In this document: in pieces, positions 39,046 to 52,285 of the stretch
Layout of the letters: the number at the start of each line of letters is the position of its first letter
How positions within the stretch are numbered: position 1 is the stretch's first letter
Assembly: GCA_965235115.1 (NCBI GenBank)
Contig: OZ249436.1
Span: 18,478,001 to 18,542,000 of the forward strand
DNA from: Laetmonice hystrix
Lineage: Eukaryota
Reading direction: 5' to 3'
DNA length: 64,000 nucleotides
Notes under the pieces: model-generated
What the model was told of the DNA's origin: nothing
Database searches by the model: none
What the model saw: only the letters and a program-made list of their open reading frames with translations
Program-made: the position numbers and the translations under genes

Positions 39046-40571
39046 TGAAGACATGTGTTTGAGCATCCATCCCAAAATTTGATTCCCCACTGCCTCATTA
39101 TTCAGCTACTCCCCCTCCAAAAAATTCCAGGGGGAAATATTTTGCATTACTCTCTCCCCCCCCCCCCCCCCAAACTCGCACCATTCCCCCCCAAAAGTCG
39201 AAAATCTCCAGGAAACCCTGTCAGACCAGAGAGGTGAGAGCAGGACTGTCAGTGTCCAGGGGCTGCTCGTAAAAAAGGCACTTTTTTTTTATTTGTTGTC
39301 AGTTATTTTAAATCCAATTATGAACACAAAATTTGGATGGCTTGTTCTATTGGTATTTAACTATGGTTATGAGCGGTCGGAAGCAGAATGAATTACTGGC
39401 TTTTTAGCATGAGCTAGTCTTACACCACTCAGCAAAAAAGTAATGGACACTGATTCAAGTTCAAATATTTCAAATAAATATAAAGAAGGCAAATGAGCAT
39501 ATATCAACAGGAACAGACAATAATTCTCTGCCAGCATGAAATGGGATTAAGATGTGAGCATTCATGCATAGCTGAACACATTCATTTAGCATGGGTTATG
39601 AAAGAAAAAAAGAGCAACCAACCATCAAATTTGAAGCAGTCCATTTGTCTCAAACACAAAACCAATCAATCATGAGGATGCTTGAATTGAGGGGTTTTCA
39701 TGAAGAGACCTGCCAACATTTCCAAATGTTTTTGTATAGCAACATTCAGCCCTGCAAGGGGTAGGTACAGGAGGGGGGCTATTCCCCTTCTGCTGGGGGG
39801 TACGGAGTACGGGCCACCCCATGAAAAAATTGAAATTAAGGGTTGTCTCGGGTGCATTCTGAGCACATTTTGAGCAGAAAGTGATGCCTAAATGACTCAT
39901 TTGGGTCTGTGTCATCGATTGCAATCATTATCGGCAAATAAATGATGAATTATCTGTCGGGACATGGCGATTTTTATGGTAAATAGACATTTACTATATA
40001 TGAAGGACTGAGGGCACAACAGCGTAGTGCCGGGTTTCCATCAGAGGGTAAAATTCCGTACCCTAAAATTTTTCCAGGGTATGGATCCGTACCCTCAAAA
40101 TCGTTGGGTAACCATTTTTCCATGAAGTGATAAAAACAGGCATGAGAATGGAAAATTGGAAAAAAATCGGAAATTCTAAATCCCCCTTGAGGAAGCCCAG
40201 TAGCCTACAGGTACAGTAGTCTGGAGTTGGATAGCCCCCCCCCCCCCCCAATAACACTGAAATTTTTCTCAACGGATTTGCATGGATCTCCAGAATGACC
40301 AAAATCACTTGAAAAAATCTGAATTCCGCCGATTGGCGTAAGATTCTCATGCCTGTAAAAACCTCCTGATGATGCCTTGAGCAATGGGGCCTGCAAGCGC
40401 ATTTATGTTTGGAATATAGATGGCAGCACTGGCGCTGGACCCCTCCTCTGGTCCGTACCCTAACTTTTTGTTCTGGCGGAAACTCACGCCCCGCGCTGAC
40501 TGGGGTCGACATGAGCAAGTTCCCGCCAGAGGGCGCGCACTTTACAAGGGGCGTGGTTGTGTGGTCGCCAG

Positions 40572-40932
40572 TGTTAGGGGCGGAGGGTCCGTCTCCTAAC
40601 ACACATAGGCAGGGAGGGTGACCGGCGGTCGGTTCCCTACGTGCAGTGCATCCCCGGTGGCGTGCAGAGCGTGGGGGGTGGGCTAGGCTACCCGAGCATT
40701 GAAGAACAGAAGAAGGTGAACAGCTATTACAGTGACTGAACACTGAGTAAGACTGAGCTTAACTCTGCTTTATTGCCGTCAAGTGGGAGGTATATATACG
40801 TAGGGGAAGACGGGGCCCTCACCGGATTGGTCAGCCAGGCTTCCAATAGCAGGGTCTAGGGGTTGGTCACGTGGGGACGCCAGTGCTGTGACTGGCCCGG
40901 AAGGTAGGGGTGGTGTGGACGCCCGCCTAACA
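40572..40932 (-). mobile_element. Probable Gypsy LTR with adjacent PBS
   Basis: TGTTAGG...CCTAACA termini. Minus-strand TATA-like and AATAAA signals (~40770-40800). TGGCGACC follows 1 nt after the minus-strand 3' end (40570). Confidence 0.65.
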
Positions 40933-41226
40933 GTAGCCCGGGATCAAAGGGAGAGCAAGCTCCCCGTTAAATTCACCGGCATTCACACCCCAGCTTCCAG
41001 GCCCAGGTGGTCGTCCCCCGCCCGACTGGTTGGTAAGGTGGGAAGGACGGCGAGCCACGTCTCCTTGGGCCAGGTCTGGCTCATCAAAGGGGGTGGACAC
41101 CGCCGCCTTGGAAGCCGGCACTTCACACCTCGGTGATGAAAGGGCCCTCCGTCTCCCCAGGATGGCCGGCCATCAACTTGGCCTTTTAGCGTATGTGGGG
41201 GTTTTAGTAAAACCGAGGGACAGTAA

Positions 41227-41605
41227 TGGCGGGATCAGACAGAGCGACGCAACTCTATGGTCGCATCGGCCTGTCTGAGCTACCTTGCAATGTGATTTTG
41301 GCCAGTTGCAGTTGCGTCGCAAGACATTAAACATGTTGGCGACTGGTCGCAACGGGTTGCTTTGTCTGAGTGGGCTGCCAACGCGACTGCACCATTGCTA
41401 GCGGTAATAATCAATAAGAGACAATCATTTATAGTTCACTTGACGATTACAACGTCTCAAGCTAATTGTGACGTAACAGGATCACTGCGGCAGTCGCGTT
41501 GCTCTGTGTGAGCTCCCCCGTCTTTAGGTCGCGTGCAACTTGTGATTCCTTGTGACTGTTGCCATTGCAAGGAATCGCGTTGCATTGCTCTGTCTGAGCC
41601 CGCCA
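41227..41605. mobile_element. PIF/Harbinger-like MITE
   Basis: taa|tggcgggatcagacagagc ... gctctgtctgagcccgcca|tta. Confidence 0.8.
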
Positions 41606-42174
41606 TTAGTATTTTTGGCTCCCACAGTGGCGTCCGTCTGTTTCTATATTGTCTTGGCCAGAGGGCGCTTTTGTTCCTCTGTCTGGTTGGCGGGGTAATT
41701 GCCCTCCTCCGGTACTATCAAGTCTAAATCTAGGGTGGATCTATTGTCTGTGTTGTGACTCGGTCCATCTGCCGAAGAGTGGCATATTGTTCATGGCGGG
41801 ACGCCAGCTGTGGGAGGATCTACAGGTAGGGGCTTCTACTTCTACACATGAAATATCGTTAAGAATGTCTGTACTGTCCGCATTGTTGGCAATGATCAAT
41901 TTAAAATACAAATTGTATATGTAAGAAAATGTCGCCAATATCCGCCTTGTTGGCAATGATAAAATACGCATAACAATTACCGTCGGCCTCAAATGTCCGT
42001 AGTGGCCGCACAATCGCGAGGGACTAACTTATAATATTTATAAGGGGGAGGAGACGGAATATATACACAAAAATACCGGTATTTTACAGTGGGAGTGTCA
42101 AATGCGTACCTGCTATGCAAAATGCGTAGTAGTTGGCCATTTAAGGTTCATACAACTTGAGACTAATAACATTC

Positions 42175-43928
42175 CAGGGTTGTTTGATTTAAATCATTTG
42201 ATTTAAATCATTGATTTAAATCATGATTAAATCACTGCAAAAAAATCGTGTTTTTGATTTTTTAAATTTTTTTTTTCATTTCTAAAAACTTTCTTCATAT
42301 TTTTTTCATATTTGGAACTTTATTTCTTAATCCAGACAAACAAAATTGTTATCCCAGGTCAGGTGTCATGACAATTTGACGATACGTCTCTGGTTGTCTT
42401 GTCTTATCAATGTTATCATACAAGCTTGTAACCACAGTCCACAAAACTAACAAATTATACAAGATCCTGGATACAGTGCTTTACTCACTGGCATTCACTG
42501 CATTCACTAAAATATGCAAAAGGGATTGTTATTCTAGCTAAGTAGGTCAGTCTCTCACCAGTTGCTCACATTTCAAGGTGTAAAGGTATAGGGCCCAGGC
42601 CCAGGGGGTTTTATTTAGGTATCCCTCAATGCAGGCTATCTCACACCATCTCAAAACAGTACTTGACTCTGATGGGTGGTCTGGTGTTGTGATTATACCC
42701 CCGTCACACTTATTCAGAATCAAGCAGAACCAGCCGGAATAAAGAATTCTCAAAATTCGCGCCACATTCGGGAGGGAATTTCTTACAGCTTTGTAAGAAT
42801 GGCGTTCGAATACTTATAATGCGCTTCGAACCCGCCTCGAATGATTCTGGCACATTCCGGGTGTATTAGCTCTCGAATGCAGCTCGAATGTAGTTGGAAC
42901 ACAGTAGGAATATTTAGAATGCTGTTAGAATGCAGTCAGAATATTTAGAATGCACCTCGAATGCCGTATGAGTGCGGTTAGATTGCTGCCCAAATACCAC
43001 CTGAAGTCTGGTTGGAAGGTCTCTCGAATGCTGTATGAATTCACCTCAAATGCAGTCAGAACACTCCCGGAATGGCTGCCGAATATGGTTCGAACGTCCA
43101 AAAATTCAAACAGAATGCAGCTCGAATACTTAGAATGCACTTCGAATGTACTAAGAATGTACTAAGAATGTAATAGGAATGTGCCGAGTATAGATTCCGG
43201 CAGCAATCGAGATGCATTCGAGGTGCATTCCGGCTCATTCGAGGCGCATTCGGGACATTCTGGCAGGATTTGAAGTGGCTTGCCGTTTCGATTTTCCCTC
43301 GAATGCAATCAGAATGTTTCAAATGCTGTTGGAATGCCGTAAGAATATTTAGAATGCAGTCTGAGTGCAATTAGAATACACTTCGAATGCCGTTCGATAT
43401 TTTTCCACTTCGAATGCACCTCGAAAGTTTTGAGCATGAGCAAAACATTTGGGCCGGCCACAAGAATGGGCCCGAATATTTAGAATGCACTCAGAATGGA
43501 GTCAGAACTTTTAGAATGCACTTCGAATATCCAGGAATATACCAAGAATTTTCATTCCGACAGTATTCTGGCTCATTCCGCCTCTAGTGTGACTAGGGTA
43601 TTACAACGCTCAGTCTCTCTAACGGTCTAGGCAGCCTAGACTGTTAGAGTGTTGGCTCCTTATAAGCAGTGTGGCTCAAGGATCAGCATCATTTGTCCAG
43701 TTTTCACAGCGAATAAGATAGATTTGATAGTTCTTGTAACTCTGAGGCCTACCTTTGATTACATTAAAACATTTAAACATTAAAAATTGCATCAAAATCA
43801 TATAGTTGTATTTGTGATTCATTCAACTATCTGTTCCGGGACAAAAATAAAAAAAAATCTGATTTAAATAAAAAAGAATTGATTTTTTACATATTTTTTA
43901 AAAAATCATGATTTTTCTTCCAACCCTG
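42175..43928. mobile_element. hAT-like non-autonomous element hosting the 42696-43600 MITE
   Basis: CAGGGTTG...CAACCCTG termini with subterminal gatttaaatc repeats. Target duplication is degenerate. Confidence 0.7.
42696..43600. mobile_element. PIF/Harbinger-like MITE (TTA duplication) filled with short GAATG subrepeats
   Basis: tta|tacccccgtcacact ... agtgtgactagggta|tta, with many (c/a)gaatg motifs that invert in the middle. Confidence 0.82.
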
Positions 43929-44635
43929 TAATTCACACGTTATCCAAAAACAGCTATTCATTGTGTAAAATTACGCTTAATTTTTTTGTTGATTGTGAAA
44001 AGAACAATATAGGGATGTAGAGATGATATAACCCAGTATAGAAAACACCAATTTGAATTTCCGACGGGAAACATCATTACTGAGGACAGGGGTATGGGTG
44101 TTAAGCGTCAGCGCTTAACTGGCACAGGAGATACTATAGCATGCCCACGCAATGGTTAGAACTGCCTAAGCCAGGATTTTTTCTAGAGTGTCCCTGTGGG
44201 AACCCAGGAAGGTGGTGCGACAACGTCATTTCAAAAATATATTGGTACTGAGAGATGTCAAAATGATCTCACAGTGTGAGAAGAAATTTAGATCATGGTT
44301 AGATCGCTATGAGATTGCTGTGAGATCGTGTTCTTCTAAGCAAAGCCCAATATATTGGTACTGTTATGTCAGAGAGATGTCAAAGTGAGATGTCACAGTG
44401 AGAGATCAAATGGTGAGATCACAGTGAGATCAATATGTGATTTCAAATTGATATCACACCAATATGAGAAACATCTCATACGGTAAGATCATCTGTGAGA
44501 TCGTTACGAGATCACTGTGAGATCATATTCTTGACTGGGTTATGGCCCTTCATACTATCCTCATAGGTCTGCACTGTTAACAGTTAGGCTAATGTTGTCA
44601 CTTGAGGCATTCAGGAATCGTGTATTTGGTCATTA

Positions 44636-47600
44636 TAGGTGTGTCACGCAAGAAAGGGTCGTTTGAAACGTTTGGGAAAAACATATATTTCTATTTCGCT
44701 GCACGTGGCGTTGTTCTTTACTCTACAGAAAATCCGAAGACATCATCGGGTTCGTGGGAAAATGCCCTACTCTGGCATATTAAATTTGTAAACATAACCC
44801 AGATATTTTATGAAACGGCGATGTTGTGAAGATAAAAAATCGACCATAACGTTTGCCGAAACATTACACATGCCCTAAGACACCCACTGCATGTACAAAA
44901 CTTACATAAATTCCTTCAAAATGTTTACAGAAATCAGATGTCAATTTCAATCAGCTTTCCAATGATATAAATTTGAACAGGATCCGTTGGGAAACAAGGT
45001 CAAGAGGCCCCAATTTCCGATTTTCCGAAAATGCGCTTTTTTTAGGTAAAACGCGTCGAAAAAAACCCTATCCTTGACAATCGTGCGTGCACTGGCGTGT
45101 ATTCGTACCAAAAACGTCATATTACCTTTCAAGGAAGACAAATCCATGTGTAATTTGAGTCTACAAAGATGAAAATCCTTGTCTCAATGTTCTGGAAACT
45201 TTAGCATAGACCTTGACCTCTCACCCGACCCAGTTTACTCATCTTCTTATTGGTTTAGAGATCAAACAATCGGGACGTAGTGTCTATGACGTAGCCATTT
45301 TGAAACTTTTCCCGACAAGTAGGCGCGTCATCGAGCTAAAGACTCTGTGTTTGTTCTGCTGCACAAGAGTCTGCAGAGTCTGATTGCTTGTAACAGTAGG
45401 TCATAAAATATCAAGAATGTTTTCAGGGAGGCAAAAATAACTTTCTTATCTAATGTCTTCTTTTTAAATCGTCGCAACACCCTACGGAAGGGATCCCAGT
45501 CATCGAGTCGACACAGATCCTTCGTCACGCAAGTTGATGAGCCAAATCATCATGGCAGCCAGTACATCATGATGGATTCTTCACAGTTTTTCGACGGAAG
45601 TTTAGTGTATATCTAGATATGGACAAACACTCCTGGATGCTCAAAATAACAGCAAGATATGTTCGAGGTAGGCCTATTTGGAGAGTTAGAGAAGTAACTA
45701 TAGGCTAGCCTTAGCCCTATAATTATAATCATGCGTGACATCGACCACGATCTGAATCTGCCGCCGACATCGCTGAATGCTGATATAAAAGTAAAACTTT
45801 GCCGCTTGTGGATTCACCAGCAATGGCACACCGGTACGCTGGTGCATAGCATGGATCCTTAAGTTAGAATTGGATTTCATTCATCATCATACTTTTAAAA
45901 GACAAGGCACCATATTGAAAAAAACAAAGCCCAACCCGTCCAAAATCCACGGACACCGCCGGGACGACGACCGACTCGCCCGACACCATTGTCACGGCCA
46001 CGGGAAGGTGCCAGAGGAAGCGCCGGGACGCTCACGCTGGGCCGACCAACCCACCCGGCGTGTCATGGATGGCTGTCTGTAGACTGTACTATAGCCATAT
46101 AGGCCTACGAACTCTGGCTGAAGCGAGGAGAGGGGAGGGGGGGGGAAGTCCTGTAGTAGTATAATAGATTCCTAGATTTCTGTTTCTAGAGATCTAATCT
46201 AGACTAAGAGAAGCATATGCCTACTACAATAGTACAGTGGTCCCCCTCATAAGCGACCACCCCTGCTGCAGAGAGAAAGTGGTCGCTAGTGGCGGGTGGT
46301 CGCCTAAACGAGGGGTCGTTAAGTACACATGGTTACCACCAGGTGGCTACATGTGAGATTACTACACAGTTAACACTAGGTGGCGACTTCCCAGTTAGAG
46401 GGAGGGGACAAAGAGGGGGCACGTATGGAGTTATTTTAAAACCTTTAACCTTTGCGTCCAAACTGAAATACTTTGTCTTCTTGGAAGGATTTGAAGATGC
46501 CATTTCTGTGATGTGTCCAGCAATAGAGATTAAATCTGAATGGTGACTGATCCTGGTCAGACGGCATATACCTATATGTAGGAAAACGTACTCTGCAGCT
46601 ACCTATATATACATGAGTCTGGTTTGCCTCTGACATTTTGTTTCTTCAACCAGCCAGTTCAGTTGGTGACATACCGTTTTTTCAACAGACATGGTAGTAG
46701 GAGGGGTGGGGGTGGAGGGTGGGGGGGGGGGTGGGGGGGGGTAGAAACAAAACTCTTAGCTTAATGTGTGATGGAAGCCTGGCGGGAAAGGTGAGAGGCT
46801 AGGCCTAGCAGCCGTGGTGGGGCCGTGTGATGGAAGTCGGGCGGGCAAGGTGAGACACGTGGCCGGCCATGGTGGGATGGAAGTGGGTGGGTGTGGGGGT
46901 GTTGGGTCGGCAGGATGCCAGACAGGCGGGCATGGGGAGACAACAGTGTTATGACTAGCCACGGCTGGCTGATTCTCAAAGGCTGGTCACTGATAAGGGG
47001 TGACCAGTGGAGTTGATGCAGGGATATGCCGGTCGCTGGTCGTTAGTGCCGGGTGGTCGCTTATAAGGGTGGAATTATAGTGTGAAGTGGTTAATGCAGT
47101 GGAAATGCGGTCGCTAGAGGCGGTGGTCGCTTATAAGGGGTGGTCTTTAAGAGGGGGACCACTGTATAGACTTATAGACAGTAATAGATCTAGACTACAG
47201 AGTGAGTAAAAAAAACCTAGACACTTTTTAAAAGGCTCATTGTTTTATTGTGTACCAATATATACAATATTTTTGCTTGTACTTATGCAGCAACTCTTCC
47301 TGCATCTTCTGGTACCAGTCATGCTTGTTTGGTTTTCATGCGTGACCGCACAGGAGACAATTAACATTAAGGGACAAGGGTGAAATCTGACCTTACTCAC
47401 TCTGTAGACTAAATTATAATAGATCTATATATAGCCTAGGTTTTCCTAAGTCTCTGGTTGTGTTACTACTCCTATATATTATAAGTTTTAGTATATTATG
47501 TATAGAGCCTACACCTAGTCTACAGATAGCACACTTGGAATAGGGGCCTACAGGGTATATGTCACTGACAGTAGATCTATAAGTATAATACATGTACATA

Positions 47601-50600
47601 GTGACAGGACTGAGACTTTGAGACTAATATTTAGTAATAACCATTAATTATTACTATTAGAGTAATTTCTACACATAGCATAGACATAGGTGAACCAGAA
47701 CAGAAATACTTGTATTGTTAATATTACCTTTACTTTAGTGAGTCTATAATAGTCAGGGGCGGATCCGGGGGGGGGGGGTTCCAATATGTTATGACCTAAT
47801 GTCATGACATGAAGTCAGAATAATGTTCATGCAGGGGGGGGGGGAGATATTTGAAGAAGGTAAAAAACCTCTGCTATTTCGTAGCATCTGCACAGCAATT
47901 GTGAAGTTTCTCAAAGCAGTCAGGCTTTTAGTCTACCAATAACATGCTGGGGGGGGGGGGTCTGGGGGCGTCCCCCCAAAATTTTTTGAAGCCAAAAAAC
48001 CCTGCTATTTCCTGACCCAAAAAAAGAGAGGTCCAGACCCCCTGCCCCCCCCCCCCCCCCCGCCTCTGCCTCCGATAGCAATACATCTATACCAATCGAA
48101 TTATTAATAGATTAAATTGTGACCGGAGACAGTCCTTGAATTTGTCAAAATATGTAGTTAGGGAAGTCAGTACATTTGTTAGCTGTCATTGTAATAGTAC
48201 ATTTACTATCTTTGTGTGAGTTTTCAGTCTCTTGCTTGAATATACAGATCAACACAACAGTTCAAGAATTAATAGAAATGGTGATGTTTTCCGTACAAGG
48301 ATGAACCACTCCTTCTTCTTGAATGTGTCGTTATAAATTCCATGATTTCTGTGAGATTTCTCAAGTATTCCTCTCATTTATTTTACTGTGCAAAAATCCA
48401 ATACACTCAACTTGTCTACTCTTCCCAGGGTTTCCTGACCCATTTAAACCCAATTAGCTCAGCAGAAGTTGTGCCAGAGCTTAAAAACTGAAAAGGGGAT
48501 TCACCCTCCCGTATATATAGGCAGGGCGGGGGTCCAGAAAATCTTTATTCAAGAAAGTAACATAAATAACACAGGCACCTTTTAATTGACGAAAATGAAC
48601 CGTTATGGGGACATGGTGTACATGTGGAAATACATTGGTATGCGATTCATTCAAGAATGTGAAACAAAAAAATTGCTGGAATCTGGCAAATAGGCTATGC
48701 CATAGTAACGCTGCATGACAGAGCTAAGTTATTTGATTATTATTTCAAAAGGGGTTGAAAATTGTAAGTTGTCTAGCAGACATTCTGCCTGGCTTCAGTT
48801 TAAAAAGAGATTATGCCAACAATACCGCCAAAAGGCAGTGGTAGAAAAAGAATTTTAAGTCTTTGTGTCAACACCTGAAAAAAAATGCTTACATTCTAAA
48901 GATGGATAAGGAGGAAGCAACACTGTTGCACTTTGGTTTACACTTTTTCCAAACTGAAAGTATTAATTTTAAAGAGTAAAACTACTTTTTATACTTTTTT
49001 CATGTGTTTTTCTTTTTTTTATACTTTTTTATGGAAAATCGGGTAATTGAACGAAATTGATGATTAGACTCTAGAGGTGTGGTTTGCTAGTCTCCGAATA
49101 AGAGTGGTGCACGTTATGTTGAGTCGCGTTTTTTGCTGAGCAGCACATAGAATACACATTTTAGGCTCAACTTTTCTCAACAATTATTGTATACATGACT
49201 CCTGAAAGCTTGGTATTGAGAAGCCTAAAATGAGAACAAATTACAAACCGGAGTAAATTCATGTATCTTCATTATACTACTTTTTTTCGACAATAATTGA
49301 ATTTTGATACTTTGTTCTTGAAAGATTCTATACATTTTTGTTTGTCAAACCGAGAGTGACGGCACTGAAGTCTGCCCCTGGGGTTCATATACACACAAAA
49401 GAGTATGAATGACAGTGAAAAAAAAAGAAAAAAGTATCAGACAAAAAAAAGTATATTTAAAAAATAAAAATATTTTGGAGCAGTAAAACACTTATACATA
49501 TTGGCACAAGAGCTGATTGGCGGATTCCCTCTACATATTCAGGGTTCTTGCTTGAACAAATTCTGGCAACCCATGGACGTACATGATTAAATCAGAACAG
49601 AGCAAATCCTGTCCATGGGACGGCCTCAAAGAATGTATTTAAACATTTATGGAGGGTATTCGCTACACAATCCATAATAAATTTGAGTTCTGTCAAAACG
49701 CATATAAAAAGTAGGCCTATTCAACCTAAATGAACATTTCAGCAAAATGCAGGAAAAGGTAATTACCTGTTTAAAATGTACAAACTGACAACACAAATAG
49801 GATTTTCTATGACCTCTGAATGTCAGGGGAACTATGCACGATTCCTTTTATAGGCTATGACGAGGTTTCCAAATTCCCCTCACTGGCTTGAGGTCTCGTC
49901 AGCAGCCCCCAAGCAACCAACGCCCTCTTGTCAGGGCTCACACAGTAATAGGCCTACTAATAGTAGCAATAACCCTGACATTAACAGTGTAAGGAGAGCA
50001 ATAAATTCTTTTCTGTGGGCACACGTTTCGTTCTGTAAAGTTCTGTAATTGTAAAGTTCTTGCTAACAGAAAGGTCTTGGCCAAGACTTGGGTATATTTT
50101 TTTATATTTATTCTGTCAAGAAAACCATGGGAAAACGAAGTGCCTTACTTTCAGGCTTTTTCCTTTCTTCCTTCGTTTTTAACAATTTGATAAGTTGTGG
50201 AATTTTGCTTGCACTCCAAAGGGAACTTCAAAGCACAAAGTTATTGTTCAGTGGTTTCCCTGATTGACTACCCCGGTAATGTCCCGCCCTGAGACTGAAA
50301 CTTTGACTGGGCCAGTGGGAGAGTCACAGGCGCACTGCAGTCAACTACGGTACGTTGTCCAGGCAGAGGTGTCGCTGTGCCTGTGTAAGGCTGTGTGTGG
50401 TGGTTGGGGGGGGGGGGGGGGGCACTAAAGAAGGAATCAGTACAAAACTGTGAAAACATACACAGGCTTAGATTTGTTTTCACTAGGTCTGTCCATTCTG
50501 TTTCATTCAGTCCATTTTTATGATCATTCCTTGTTGGAAGCCATCAGCGCCCTCTTCTGACTCTTGAGTGACCTGACTTGAGTCTGTGTTGACGGTGATG

Positions 50601-50997
50601 TGTTTTTCACTGTTGACCTATACTATAGGCTTCATTCGCAATACCGCAGGTTAAATCAAATACTAGGGTAAAAAAACACTACTGTCTGATTATGTTAGAC
50701 ATCATAATGGCGTCATTTATTGCAGACTAGTGTAGGAATAGCTTATTAATAGCCGTTGCTCTAAGCATCATAGATCCGTCCCTGACAGCGGATGGGCGAT
50801 AATGGGGGAAACGAGCGCTTCGAAAAGTAAATAAACGTAAAATTCGCGCTAAAATACATCCACCAGAGAAAATGACTATATTATTGACGTCGTTTTAAGT
50901 GTTAATATTGGTTCTGATAACTTATTTATAAATTTGAACAATTTTCAGCTTCATAGGGCAAATTATTGAAACGACCCTTTCTTGGGTGACACACCTA
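44636..50997. mobile_element. 6.4-kb TIR DNA element with TA target duplication, superfamily unassigned
   Basis: TIR TAGGTGTGTCAC(G/C)CAAGAAAGGGTCGTTT at both ends. It splits a host repeat whose uninterrupted copy (7520-7570, reverse) reads ggtcatTAgatatg. Confidence 0.85.
46235..47164 (-). mobile_element. pogo/Tigger-like deletion derivative (TA duplication) retaining the transposase N-terminus
   Basis: ta|CAGTGGTCCCCCT...AGGGGGACCACTG|ta. Minus strand 46503-46441 reads MASSNPSKKTKYFSLDAKVK. Confidence 0.85.
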
Positions 50998-51379
50998 TAG
51001 ATATGTGCTAATATTGACGATTGATCACTTTGCATAATTCTTTTCATAAATTTCCCAATAATTTTTAATTTATGATGAAATATGTAATCTGACTTTTGAC
51101 AGGCTCTACCTTAAAACGTGTTTAAAATAGCCACATACATATATATACAACAATTACAAAGTCTACAGATTTAGGTATACCACTGACGGTTGGCATCTCT
51201 GAATACACAAACCACCCACTGTGCATGGCTGGCCCTTGTGGCGGCCCCATTGTTCCTGTGGACTCGTTGTTCCTATAGTATCCAGTGCGCATGCGCAGGA
51301 TAGAGGCCACTCCCACAGGAACTTTGGGAAGGCGTATAGCCATGCCCTGGATTCCCCCCGGTCTCAGAGTTACCCTATA

Positions 51380-52285
51380 CAGTGGTCCCCCTGTTAAAAA
51401 CCACCCCTTATAAGCGACCACCCGCCTCTAGCGACCACATTTCCACTGCATTTACTACTTCACACTATAATTCCACCCTTATAAGCGACCACCCGGCACT
51501 AACGACCAGCGACCGGCATATCCCTGCATCAACTCCACTGGTCACCCCTTATCAGCGACCAGCCTTTGAGAATCAGCCGTCGCTAGTCATAACACTGTTG
51601 TCTACCCATGCCCGCCTGCCTGGCATCCTGCTGACCCAACACCAACACCGCCCCCACCCACCCAGCCACCCACTGCCATCCCACCATGGCCAGCCACGTG
51701 TCTCACCTTGCCCGCCCGACTTCCATCACATGCACCACGGCTGCTAGGCCCCTCACCTTCCCTGCCAGGCTTCCATCACACATTAAGCTAACGGTTTTTC
51801 TCCCCCTCCTACTACCTATGCTAAAAGAAGAGTCTAGAAAAGCCGTAAATGAAATGAAACGGACAAGACTAGAGTCTTTCTTTAAATAAAATTAATTATT
51901 TGTTGTGTCTCTGAACTGAAACCGTGTCATATTTTAGACTATGCTCTGCAACAGCAGAATACTCAGATGCTGGACTGCATTACAAACTAACAGACAAGAC
52001 TAGAGTTTTTCTTTAAATAAAATTAAATATTTTTTGTCTCTCTGAACTGAAACTGTGTCATGTTGGGGTTTATTTGGCAAGAATAACTCCATACGTGACC
52101 CCCTCTTTGTCCCCTCCCTCTCACTGGGAAGTCGCCACCTAGTGTTAACTGTGTGTAGTTATCTCAGATGGAGCCACCTGGTGGTAACCATGTGTACTTA
52201 ACGATCCCTCGTTTAGGCGACCACCCGCCACTAGCGACCACTTTCTCTCTGCAGCAGGGGTGGTCGCTTATGAGGGGGACCACTG
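51380..52285 (+). mobile_element. pogo/Tigger-like deletion derivative (TA duplication) retaining the transposase C-terminus
   Basis: Same TIRs and arms as 46235-47164 in the opposite orientation. Contains KRTRLESFFK* (ends 51889) and QTRLEFFFK* (51991-52020). Confidence 0.85.

Noticed and set aside
40360..40400. Hammerhead ribozyme candidate (CTGATGA core)
   Set aside because: There is no downstream GAAA or supporting stems. Other CTGATGA sites inspected also fail.
40063..40743. Longest ORF in the track (226 aa)
   Set aside because: It runs across an LTR, a PBS and a MITE boundary and has no recognisable domain, so it is probably a chance ORF.
42740..43560. Telomere-like or coding GAATG repeats and their ORFs
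   Set aside because: They are internal subrepeats of a TTA-flanked MITE.
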